From Octopus sinensis (Eukaryota), in the NCBI RefSeq assembly GCF_006345805.1, contig NC_043001.1, forward strand, positions 46,314,001 to 46,378,000: a DNA stretch of 64,000 bases, in the 5' to 3' direction. Positions 1-12,294 of this stretch are shown one piece after another. The first letter of the stretch is position 1. Each line of letters opens with the position of its first letter. Under the pieces are notes generated by a model. It was not told the DNA's origin. It worked only from the letters and a program-made list of their open reading frames with translations, and ran no database searches. Made by a program: the position numbers and the translations under genes.

Positions 1-59
1 AATGGCGGGAAAAATATAGTAACTAATAATAATAATGATAATTACATGATGATGATGAT

Positions 60-330
60 GAATTGAAGTGGGAAATACGTAGATTGTGGGCAATGAAGAA
101 AATGGACGTGATACCAATAGTAATTGGCGTGCATGGAAGTATCAGCCCTCAACTACCAGCGTGACTCAAAGAGATTAGTACAAATATAAAGATAGAACAC
201 CTACAAAATTTATCATTGCTTGGAACTGCTAAAGTTTTCCATGGGGTTCTTGGAGCATGACCAGCAAACAAGTGTCAACTTAGTCTGCTGGCTGTGGACA
301 GCTGACATTTTCCACCCTACCCAGCAAAAT
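60..330 (+). mobile_element. 3' end of an RLE-type (R4/Dong-like) non-LTR retrotransposon: endonuclease C-terminus plus short 3' UTR
   Basis: 60..260 translates ELKWEIRRLWAMKKMDVIPIVIGVHGSISPQLPA*LKEISTNIKIEHLQNLSLLGTAKVFHGVLGA*. This matches the RLE tail pattern W..V.PIVIG.LG...LQ..LLGT..I...L with one internal stop. Flanked by (GAT)/(TAA) repeats. Confidence 0.8.
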
Positions 331-360
331 AATTATGATTATTATTATCATTATAATAAA

Positions 361-910
361 TTTCCTGATGCAGTACCAGGCAGTGGCTCTCATGGCTTCT
401 GATCTTCACTGATTGGAAATATTATCATGTACATTGTTTTGTGTTGGTATAAAAGATGGGCTACAGCAAATATTCTGCTCAATACCACAAATTTGCTTTC
501 AGTTGCTTGACCATAACTAGTTGAGCATGTCCCTAAGTGGCTGACGATATGTGCATCTCTGATCACGAGCAGAAGTAGTGGGGAGCATCATAGCTATGTG
601 TTGAGAGGAATTCTTTGAGGTTTGGATAATTCACCTCTGGAAACATGGTGTGTTTTGTTCAACATCCTTAAACAACCCTTATTCAAGGACTTTTGAGCGG
701 GATTGGTTACTCGACTTGAAGAAAATTCTAACTGGGCCCCACCTGCAAGATCATGCGCTGTTTATTTTGCTATGAGATTATGTCACGCACATATGGTTGT
801 GATGCATGTACCTGGTGTACCCTTATCAGACGGGTGGTCATGATGGGCATACTGGGCTTCGTATATTTTGCCCCAGTGGCACTTTGATGACATACCCTGC
901 TCTCTTACTC
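361..910 (+). mobile_element. ~550-bp non-coding dispersed element embedded in (TAA)n, copy 1
   Basis: Starts CCTGATGCAGTACCAGGCAGTGGCTCTCATGG and ends CTCTCTTACTC-(AAT)n. Clearly homologous to 25207-25764, 46213-46728 and (minus) 18155-18537. Confidence 0.9.
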
Positions 911-974
<64 letters not shown>

Positions 975-999
975 GTAATAATAATAATGTTTATAGTAA

Positions 1000-1873
1000 C
1001 CGGAGATCTGATACCACGCCTAAACAAACTATAGGAGCACGATTCACATCAACACCGGACCATTTCTGTCTCCAACACAAGAAATGTTAAACAATACATA
1101 TTAAGATAACGTATCATTCAGCTTTAGATTAAGAGAGGAATGCGTTCTTGACATCACCAGAAACAAGTAGACTGGTACCCAATGAAAATGCTGACAATCT
1201 AAATAAAGGACAAGACTTGAATCACAAGTAATGTGATAAAACAGAAATGAACACGAGAGGAATATGTTTCTATATTACATGCATATTTTACAGCCACATA
1301 CCATCTCAGAATGGAACTTCATAATATAATTGCATAGAACATAGAGAAAGTAGTCCGGATCGCAGCCTAAATTTGAATACCACCACACACATCAAGCAAT
1401 TCAGAAGATACTATCTCAGAACTAAAAGTACTAGAAATCGAAACAGAACACTTAAAAGAAAGAATGCATAACGAAAAGGTAAGTAACCAATACAAAGTAA
1501 ACAAAAAAAAAATACAATCACCGATAATACAAAATATAATAAACAATATATATTTCTCTATTACCCACAAGGGGCTAAACATGGAGGGGACAAACAAGGA
1601 CAGACAAACGGATTAAGCCGATTACATCGACCCCAGTGAGAAACTGGTACTTTATTTATCGACCCCGGAAGGATGAAAGGCAAAGTCGACCTCGGCGGAA
1701 TTTGAACTCAGAACGTAACGACAGACGAAATACCACAAAGCATTTCGCCCGGCGTGCTAACGTTTCTGCCAGCTCGCCGCCTTTATATAATAAACAATAA
1801 ACAATATAATAAACATAATAATATATAATAAAAATAATAAACAATATAGCTTCAGAACACATACAGAATAGTA

Positions 1874-1921
<48 letters not shown>

Positions 1922-2700
1922 AAAAAAAAACAGAGCAACAAAAACAAAAACTTAAATAAAGGCAATTAGCTCAATTTAAGTATAGGAAATTCTAAAAGTG
2001 ATGCCACGAATATGACAATCTAGAGGCGGAAAAAGTGAAAGAATTAAAAACAAGATCAATAAAGTGCTTCCCAATAAAGACCAATAAAGAAACTTCCAAG
2101 GCTAAACCTCAACGATAAAATAGTAACAATGAAATCGTCAACCTGGCGATGAGAAAGACAAAAAAAAAATCGACGTAACCAGATTAAAGAATACATACGA
2201 CAGTTGGAACAGCTTCTAAGAAGAGTAGGCGCTTCTTTAGGTCTACTCGTATAGGAATAGGAAAACCCAGGCAAACAACACACATATATACACACTCACA
2301 GTAGGGGAAAAGATCAAAACTAAGAAAATATCTGAATTCTAAGATAATCAATAATGAAGGGCAGCAATTGAATAACAGAAGACACAGATACAAAAGCATG
2401 ATAAAGAAGTAACCTAAATCGAAGAGAAAGGAATCCTCGCTAAGTCACAGAGAATAAGTCGATATGAAAAGTGATAACGATTATTTGTACAAAACTTAGA
2501 AATGATCTCCAACCTCAAACGATGCCTTTTCGGAACTAGTTAAGCATGAAATATGAATCATTGCATTTCCAACAAAAATGTGAAGTCGAACAACGAACAA
2601 ACACCTGGAAAACCGTGAGTGTCTATAACACTACAATAATGCAGATGTTCCATAGATATATAAACAGCTTGAAGGCACAAGACAATGAGATCCCCAACTT
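1000..2700 (+). mobile_element. Decayed N-terminal ORF region of an R4/Dong-like non-LTR retrotransposon, interrupted by a SINE and (CA)n
   Basis: ~1245 reads K(W>*)TREEYVSILHAYFTA; ~2430 reads GILAKSQRISRYEK**RLFVQN. Both resemble N-terminal motifs I recall from R4/Dong-like ORFs. Many stops and frameshifts. Confidence 0.5.
1551..1781 (-). mobile_element. Young tRNA-derived Nin/Deu-domain SINE (family A), monomer with tail type 1
   Basis: Minus strand: GGCGGCGAGCTGGCAGAAACG (A box), GTTCAAATTCC (B box), GCCTTTCATCCTTCCGGGGTCGATAAATAAAGTACC (Nin/Deu-like core), tail ending GCCCCTTGTGGGTAATAGAGAAATA. Confidence 0.9.
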
Positions 2701-2744
2701 TTAGATGTAAGCATATGTATGTGCTTAGGAAGTTTAAATTGCGA

Positions 2745-3098
2745 AACCTGGGGCAAGTGTCTTCTTCGACTTATGCCTTGTGCGTGTATTTGATAAACGG
2801 AAACAGAGTGGAGGCCCGTCTCATGTATGTATGTATGTATGTATGTATGTATGTATGTATGTATGTATGTATGTATGTATGTATGTATGTATGTATGTAT
2901 GTGTGTATGTATGTGCGTACGTACGTATGTATGTCATTGTTCAGTTTTATTTCAAGATTTCTTGCCAATAGAGAAGAGCTGATTTCTAACCAAGATTCAA
3001 GGCTCTTTATTGGAATTTCAACATCAACAATAGGGTACTTTTACTTGTATGTATGTATGTATGTATGTATGTATGTATCCATGTATGTTCATCCATCC

Positions 3099-3197
<99 letters not shown>

Positions 3198-3430
3198 ATC
3201 TCAAAATGTGTGTGCTTGTGTGTATATATTCTTGTGCATGCACTTCACTTGTGTGTACCCCGGTTGACAACCGGTGTTGGTTTGTTTAGATCCTCGAAAG
3301 CTAGCGGCTTAACAAAAACAGACTGATAGAATAAATACCAGACTTAAAATGAACACTAGAATCGAACTAAGCCTTCAAGGCGATGTCCTCGCATGACCGT
3401 AGTTCAATTGATAGAAGTAAATAAATGAAT
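2745..3430 (+). mobile_element. Decayed family B SINE with greatly expanded internal (ATGT)n/(ATCT)n region
   Basis: Left half GGGCAAGTGTCTTCT...ACGGAAAC at 2750-2820 and right half TTGACAACCGGTGTTGG...GATAGAATAA at 3260-3430, separated by about 430 bp of mostly microsatellite. Confidence 0.65.
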
Positions 3431-3656
3431 AACTGTTGAATTCCGTATCATACCGATGAAATAGAGTTAAGATGGAAATACGGATGTGGAGACGAATTTT
3501 CTCAGTTCTTACGACTTTCCATGTTCTATTTTATTTTAATGTAGCTTTATTATTATCATCACTATTTTTATTCTTTTCCTCGTTTTAATATAGCTTTTAT
3601 ACGAAGATGTCGCCAGCAAGACTATTGTGATTTATATGGCTTGAGGGCACCGTTTC

Positions 3657-3734
<78 letters not shown>

Positions 3735-3903
3735 TGATCATTCACTCACATAGACACATATACATACACATTTATACACACGCAGGTAGAAAAACAAGTA
3801 AATACATAGATAAGTGTATTTATGTATGAAGCTATGTATGCATTTTTGAATGAATGAATTTGTCTACATCTATATCTATCTATCTATCTGTCTGTCTGAT
3901 TGT

Positions 3904-3939
<36 letters not shown>

Positions 3940-3951
3940 ATATATTATATA

Positions 3952-4046
<95 letters not shown>

Positions 4047-4239
4047 ATACACGTACATATATGCATGCAAACATACCAGCATATTTACACACACACACAG
4101 GTATGTAACTTACAAAGTAGATAAATAAACAGGGCAAATTTAGCTATTTCTCCATAGATAGAAAAAGATGAAGACCGTTATACATACACATATATTCTAC
4201 ACACACAAATACATATACACATACATATATATAAGTAGG

Positions 4240-4283
<44 letters not shown>

Positions 4284-4296
4284 ATCTATCTATCTA

Positions 4297-4385
<89 letters not shown>

Positions 4386-4469
4386 ATATATATATATAGA
4401 TAGATAGATGATAATAGATAGATGATAGATAGATAGATAGATATAGATAGATGATAGATAGATAGATAA

Positions 4470-4508
<39 letters not shown>

Positions 4509-4549
4509 TAGATAGATAGATAGATAGATAGATATAGTTCAAATTTATA

Positions 4550-4700
4550 AAAAAAACGAAGAAGACAGGTGTAGGAACAACAAGCAAGTGTATTAGTTTG
4601 ACGCTCGGGAGAAATGGAAAAGTCTTTTACGTTTCGAGCTTACGCTCTTCGACAGAAAGGAGTAAAAAGAAATAAACACAGACAGAATGAAAAAAAACGT
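4550..4700 (-). mobile_element. Penelope-like non-autonomous fragment carrying a minimal hammerhead-like motif (4624-4659)
   Basis: Minus strand CTTT CTGTCGA A GAGC GTAA GCTC GAAA C GTA AAAG. Homologous to 11125-11290, 41255-41385 and 62595-62760. Confidence 0.75.
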
Positions 4701-4923
4701 GTTGAGTTCAGTGGTCCAAGTACCGCCGCCGCCGCTGCCACTACTGCCGTTTCACCCACACCGCCACCATCATTAATACAAACATTGCTTCGAACATTAC
4801 AATTACAAGATTCGCCTCGACTCTTAATACCAATACTATTACCATCAGCGTCGTCATAAACAATAAGGGATACTACCGCCATCACCACCACCTCATCACA
4901 TTGTAGCAACAACAACAACAGCA

Positions 4924-4970
<47 letters not shown>

Positions 4971-5363
4971 GACTAACTACTACTACTACTAGTATTACAA
5001 TCACAACAACAACCACTATCACCACAATCACTATTAGCAACAGGTTTTGACTACCAGATAACCTTGCATTGTCTATTGTGCATGATGCGGTGGAATCATA
5101 CAAGAATAACATTACCACCACCACCACCACCACCTTCGCCGTCACCACTATCACTAACACCGGCAGCAGCAGCAGCAGCAGCAGCTGCAACAACCACAAC
5201 CCTTAGAACGACAGATAACTGAAAGTCTGTCATAGCCCTATTATATAGGTTTCTACATCTGGATGCTTTTTTCCTTATATTGTCTACGTAAGTATAGTTT
5301 GAATGTGTATGAATGTATGTATGCATGCAGGTATGTTTATGCATATAGAAATATACATACATA

Positions 5364-5397
<34 letters not shown>

Positions 5398-5571
5398 TAT
5401 ATATATAATATATATATTATATAGATATATATTATATAATATATATATATATCATACAGACATATACATCTATATATATACAGACATATATTATATATAT
5501 ATATATTATATACACACACACAGATATTTATAACATACAAGATAGATATATATATGTATGTGTATATAATT

Positions 5572-5633
<62 letters not shown>

Positions 5634-5705
5634 TATAAATATACATATACGCAGATTTTTATAAATACATACACACACACACATATGTATATGTGTAATA
5701 TGAAT

Positions 5706-5736
<31 letters not shown>

Positions 5737-6552
5737 TGGTGTGTGTGTGTGTGGTGTGTCTGTGTATGTCTATCGCTCCTTCTCTCTCTCTCTCTCTTAT
5801 ATATGTAGCATATAGACAGACACACACGTAGGTGGGTATATATGTCAATACCAGAAAATTTTCAGATATCACATACAAGCGTGTATATGTGAATGTATGT
5901 TTGTCTATATATAATATACATATATATATATATATATATACATATATGTATATATATAAATTATATATGCATGTGTGTGCGTACGTGTTGGTATGTGTGT
6001 GTGTGTTTGTGTTTGCGTATGTATGTGTGTGTGCGCGCGCGTGTGTAAGGGCGCGCACGCGTTTATGTGTGTTGTATACAAACATACAGGAATACATATC
6101 TGATGTAGCGGAATGTGCACATGTCAGCTATAAAAGATTTCATAGAGAATTTATGACAGAACATCTGAAATATTAGCCCTTTGTGTAACTGACGCCCAAT
6201 CTCTCAATAATGTTTATACATAGAGTTTTAGAAATAGAACATCATAGTGATATCATGAACTCAGGGATGGCGATAAAAATTCAACGCGAGAATTAAATCT
6301 ATAATATATATATAATATATATAGTATTTTATATCTAAAAAATATTCTGTTTTTTTTTTTTTGGTTGAAAAGTAAGATGTTGGTCTAACAAGAGAATACT
6401 GGCTGATTCCGCCGAGTTGTGTTATATTCAGCTACGATTGGGGATTTTCCAACGGTACACAGCAGGGTTTATCTAGGTGTGCTACCGACTTAACAAAAAA
6501 TAAATACATTTAAGGCTTTAGAGAATTTATACTAAACAGAAAGCAATAGTTT

Positions 6553-6648
<96 letters not shown>

Positions 6649-7572
6649 GCATACACAAATATTGACGAATACAGGTATGTCAATCATCATAAAAGGCAAA
6701 TTCTTGATCTATTCATATGAGAGGAAAAGATAACATCAAAGATTTTCAGAAATTGATATGCTACGCCATTAAGAAAAAGTCACGTGCACAGCTTTGGAAA
6801 CGTGTTTCTACATCAATAAACGTCATCAGTTTTCCTACCTTGCCTATATATATTAAAAATGTATGTATGCCTTTTTAATATATAGTGTAGCAATGTCTTG
6901 AAAAGTAAACAGAGTTTACTTTTCGTGTTTTTATTACTTCGTGGATAGAAAAAAAGGATCACTGTAGCTAGTTTCTAGTCTTGTGAGGCTTTTGTTAGAA
7001 AAAGAATACTCACCTCCTGTTCACAAAGAATTTATTAGCTTATGGCTATCCAGAGACACTGAAATTAGTCCATTGAAATATGCATTACAGCGCATGCGTT
7101 GAGTAGTTTACTGTACCTCATTATCGGATAATTTGAAATGTAAGGTATGTGTTTTTAATAGACTTGCAGTTTAGATTCTCAATGAAAGTAGATTATTATT
7201 TAATAAATGATTAAATTGATTAAAATAATTCAAACAAACACTGGACAACGTATATTTTCGTACACTATACGGTTATCGCTTAGTACCAATGTAGTTTTTA
7301 TAGGCCATTAATAATGATAGGTGAATTCACCAAAAGTCGTTGTTTTAGAGTAATATGAATAACATGCACAAAGTAAAGCATTGTGGATGTAGACATAACT
7401 GTGTAGTTAAGAAATTCGCTTCGCAGTCACATGGTTCTAATCCAGTCGGATTCCACTACGTAATACTTTAACTCCTTACCTAACCAAAACATTTTCATCA
7501 GCTAGCTCTAACCGTACATATTCGTGTTCAGACTTTTAATTCGCCTTGTTTCATACGTTCTGAGTTAATATA

Positions 7573-7789
7573 CGAGTGGGTACTGAAACGTTCCTGGCTT
7601 TGGTTAAAAGAAAATACAGGAGGATCAGATATTTATGATTTTATTCAACATATTCCCCTCACAGATTCACACACTTATCGTAGCGGTCCTTCAGTTTTTC
7701 TAAATACTGTAAAAGAACTCGGAAAGTTGGGCTGCCAACCAGGCCTTTAGCGATACCCTTAAAGCCAGGAACTTTTCAGCATCCCTTCA
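7573..7789 (-). mobile_element. Mariner-derived MITE
   Basis: TIRs CGAGTGGGTACTGAAACGTTCCTGGCTTT / AAAGCCAGGAACTTTTCAGCATCCCTTCA, with TA on both sides. The minus strand retains the transposase C-terminal remnant KCVNL*GEYVE*. Confidence 0.85.
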
Positions 7790-8419
7790 TATAGCTTTCC
7801 TATCACGAGTCCTGAGGTACTTCGGTGGTTGAAAGAAAAAATTAGGAATGAGTATCATATAAAATGCATGGAAATATGTCCCGTGTATCACGTGATACAC
7901 AGAAGAGGCAAAGGGTCGAGGGACTGTCCGCTATCATAAATTTGAGTTTTCTTAAGTCTGTTGATAGAAATTGGGTGGACGGAAACAGTACGGAAGCCTA
8001 TCAGAAGGAATGTTCCAGGTGAGTTGTGGATTCTTCTTCTTTTCCTTACCAATCAAGGAAGTACCTCACAGAAACGTGAATACAGTACCTTCTGCTTTAA
8101 CACTAGAAGTACCAACATTTCTTACTTCCTACAAGTACCATAGCGTTCATTTTTGACTGGCATTGAGAATCTTTATTTAATAGAATTTATTTTAAATATA
8201 AGCTAATCCCGTGAATAAAGGATATGAAAATACAGTCTTTTAGCATTTATTTGCGTACAATATATATATATATATATATACACACAAACATAAAATGATG
8301 TTCATGATTGCATATTCAACAGAGTCGTAGAAATTACAAAGTAAAAGCCAAAGCGGTTATAAATGACTACTCGGTACTTATAGAGTTAATTCGTCAAAAA
8401 GTATCAAAGAACAAGAATT

Positions 8420-8590
8420 CATCTTTTACTTGTTGGACTGCGGTCATGCTGGAGCATCAACTTGAACGGTTTAGTCGAACAAATCGACTCCAGTATCTAT
8501 CTTTTAATTTTGGTTCTTATTCTTTCGATCTCTTTTGTCGAACTGCTAGTGTTGCGGTAACGCAAACAAAGCAACACCGGTTGTCTCTCC
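8420..8590 (-). mobile_element. Family B SINE 3' half, decayed
   Basis: GACTGCGGTCATGCTGGAGCA...AAATCGACTCCAG...CACCGGTTGTC is the reverse complement of the family B right half. Confidence 0.7.
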
Positions 8591-9659
8591 CAGTCCGGAT
8601 GTACAATAATTTTCGTCAACTATGTTTTCAATATAAAAATTTCTGCTAGTTTTTTTTTTTTATCGTGTTTTGAAACTATAGGGTAGAGAATTACTCGTTC
8701 ACTTTCCAGGTTCCTCAAATGTAATTGTGGGCCCGGGTTTGGTTTTTCATTGAATTAGTTAAACTATACACTTAAATCAAAAATAAAAAATAAAAAAAGG
8801 GGAAAAGAAAGAAAACAAGAAAAGAAGTCTAAAGAAATGAGCGGGTTGTATTTCTAAAATAGGCACAATGTCTTATATTCTGAGGGTCGGGGTACTGTTA
8901 ATTACATAGGCTGCAGTCGATAAATCGACTTCAAAACAACGGTGACCTCGCTGGAATGCGAACTCAGGACATAAAGAGCCATCATCAAAAACTGAAAAGC
9001 TCTAACGATTCAGCCAATCCTAAAATATGTTTTGAAAACGAGGCGTGTCATACTATAAACGGCAATGTATGGTAAGAAAAAATAATAAAAAACAAAATAA
9101 TATCAACAATAAAAAAACTGTTATAAAAATACACTGCTGAATGAAAAATGTTGAGAAACAACAGAGAGGGACAAAGGACAAAGTTGAAATATCTATAAAG
9201 ACGTAAAAGAGAAATAACATAAATGAAGGCAGAGAGCCAGTTAGCTGTGACCTTGCTGTGTAATTATGAACTTGGTGCGATCCTTGTTAGGGTGTGTCGT
9301 AAATTAAATGTCTTTACAACAACTTCATTGGGTTAAGTTCATTGGCACCACTGTGTTGTTTTGACAAACAGATGCTTAAAACAATGTTTATAAAGTGTGT
9401 GTGTGAGTGAATGTGTGTGTGTGTGAGTGTGTGTGTGTGTGCGTGAGTGTGTACGTACGTGCGTGCTCGCGTATGCCTATATATGGTATGAATTTTAACA
9501 ACGCAGTCGAATAACGTCACATTTAAATGTCGTATGTAGTAAAATTCTTGATTAATTGAAATCATCTTTGATTCCAGAGAAAGAAAGCAAATCAATTTCC
9601 TGAATGGAAATTGGAACCGATCCCATATGAAAACGGAGACAAAATCTCAAGAATGAAGG

Positions 9660-9855
9660 ATTCTCTGGAACTGACAAGGCGTCACGGTCGGATTGTTTGG
9701 ATTGTACCAATATTTAACTGGTACTTAATTTATCGACCCCGAAAGGAAGAAAGGCAAAATCGAAGTCGACAGAATTTGAATTCAGAGCGTAAAGACGGAC
9801 AAAATAACGCTAAGCATTTCGCCCTGCGTGCTTAACGATTTTGCCAGCTCGCCAC
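9660..9855 (-). mobile_element. Family A SINE
   Basis: Contains ACTGGTACTTAATTTATCGACCCCGAAAGGA and CTAAGCATTTCGCCC...GCCAGCTCGCCAC. Confidence 0.8.
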
Positions 9856-9894
9856 TTTAATAATAATAATAACAACAACAACAACCTCAACAAC

Positions 9895-10020
9895 AATAAG
9901 TACTGGGGTCGATTCATTCGACAAACATTCTTCAAGGCGGTGCTCCAGCATGGCCGCAATGTAATGACTGAAACAAGTAAAAGATTAAAAGGCAAAAAGG
10001 ATAAAAGATATATTCGTCTT
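9895..10020 (+). mobile_element. SINE 3' fragment (tail shared with family B)
   Basis: AAGTACTGGGGTCGATTCATTCGAC...CAAGGCGGTGCTCCAGCATGGCCGCA...GAAACAAGTAAAAGA. Confidence 0.75.
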
Positions 10021-10302
10021 TGTTGTTCAAATTCACGCTACTTGTCTGCAAATAATCAAACTGCCTTTTCTTTAATGGTTCGTCAATTAAGGGAATTATT
10101 GATTTTTGAGATTATCTTGGCTTTTCATTCGGTGTCGGTTGTAATTGGCACCAGGCGATAAAATGTTTGAAAATATCATGTATGCTATTAATTAAACTTC
10201 TATTATTTTTTGTTCTTTAAATTCATGCCAGTGGCCACTCTGAGTTTTTTTTTCTGAACCCATTTTAATTTTAATTATGCAAATTACTGTAGGGGATAAA
10301 TG

Positions 10303-10386
<84 letters not shown>

Positions 10387-10644
10387 ATATTCAGAGAATA
10401 TATATACAGACAGGCAACGCACGAATGTATGCATTTATGTATGTATGTATGTATGTATGTATGTATGTATGTATGTATGTATGTATGTATGTATGTATGT
10501 GTGTGTGTATATATATATATATACATATATGTATATATACACACGAATGTGTTTGTGAATACTTTTGAATACACACACATATATGACAGGAAAGAGAAAG
10601 GCTTCTACAATCCTCCTTGACATGATGGAATTTAACTTCCCGTG

Positions 10645-10820
10645 TGCGACCATGCCGGAGCAATGCCGTTAGTCGAACTAATCGACCCCAGGACCTATTC
10701 TTTGTAAGCCTACTACTTATTCTATCGGTCTCTTTTGCCAAAATGCTAAGTTACAGGGACGTAAACACAACAACATCGGTTGTTAAGCGATGATTGAGGG
10801 ACAAACACAGACAAACAAAC
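10645..10820 (-). mobile_element. Family B SINE 3' half
   Basis: CGACCCCAGGACCTATTCTTTGTAAGCCTACTACTTATTCTATCGGTCTCTTTTGCC; abuts a microsatellite. Confidence 0.8.
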
Positions 10821-11034
10821 TATACTGTGTAGTTGACCAAATCAAAACAAACAATGCGCATGTGCGAAATTGAAAATATAAAATAGCGACAATTTACCCA
10901 TCGCATCTTGTAATATATATAATATATATATTGTGTGTGTGTGTGTGTGTGAGTATATACATGGTGTGTGGTCGTGCGTATATGCGTGTATGTGTTTGTA
11001 TGTATGTACGTGTATATATATATAATATACACAC

Positions 11035-11095
<61 letters not shown>

Positions 11096-11124
11096 GGGGG
11101 GGGAATTCACAAGAAAAAAACAAC

Positions 11125-11440
11125 AAAAGACGAAGACAGGTGGAATAGATAACAAACAGATGTATTAGTATAATGCTCGGGAAGTGAAAAAGTGTTTAAC
11201 GTTTCGAGCCTACGCTCTTCCACAGAAAGGAACACAGAAAGAAACAAGGAGAGAAGATAAAGAATGTGCAGTGGCTAGCGATCTATCATGGCGAAGGCCG
11301 GACAGAAGGGTCACACAGGGGGAGGACAACCAGAGTGGGTAGAAACGACAATGGGAAAAAGCAGAAAGTACAAAAAAAAAGGTTTAGCAAGTATAAATAA
11401 GTTACGAAAAGTTCAAAAGCTTCGTGGTGTATTAGAGCAT
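11125..11440 (-). mobile_element. Penelope-like non-autonomous fragment with minimal hammerhead-like motif (11194-11229)
   Basis: Minus strand CTTT CTGTGGA A GAGC GTAG GCTC GAAA C GTT AAA. Confidence 0.7.
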
Positions 11441-11557
11441 ATATATATAAATTATATATATATATATATATATCATATATATATATATATAATATATATA
11501 GAATATATATATATTATATATATTATATATATCTATATGTATGTATATATATATATG

Positions 11558-11596
<39 letters not shown>

Positions 11597-12294
11597 TATA
11601 CATACACATACATATATTCACACATTACTCTTTACGTTTGTGTGGATGTGTTTATATGTATGTTAGAGTTAGTAAGTTCTCGATGTACTCCCCCAAAACG
11701 AAAAGGTAAACAAACACACGAATGCAAGCAAAATAAGTTTAGTAAACTTTTAAAAAAATCCGCGTTGTCTGAGAACTTCGTAGGAACCATATTCTCATAG
11801 CACACACACGGTCGCACATATACACGCGCGGTCGTATACATATAAATACGTATATATGTGTAAGAGATGAATATGTCTGTGAGTGCTGGTGTGTGTGTGT
11901 GTGGTTTGTGTATGTGCGTGCGCATATGTGTGTGTGTACAGATATTGAAAACCCGACTATGCTCTAATTAAATCTTTTTTTTTTTTAATCATTGAAGTTT
12001 ACTTGTATCTGCGTATCAGAACCTTCTGGTTCACTTTGAGCAAGAAAAGTTTGCAAATTCACCTTTATCAACGCTTCTAGACTCTCTCGGTCTTATCTTC
12101 AGGATCTAGAGTGATTTTGGCCTCTATATTGCTCTTTGTATTGTGGGTGGCTTATGTTTATGCAGACTTTTACCGCCAGAATTTGACCGTTTATGAATTG
12201 AAGTTCTACGTTATCGGATTTGCATTTGTGATGTTGTCTGTTATTGTGATGTTGTCTATTAATTGTAGTCTTGTATTGTGGTATTAGTATTGCC

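Noticed and set aside
7957-8025. Possible exon ending CCAG/GTGAGT
   Set aside because: It contains GAAATTGGGTGGACGGAAACAGTACGGAAGCC, a decayed family B SINE segment.
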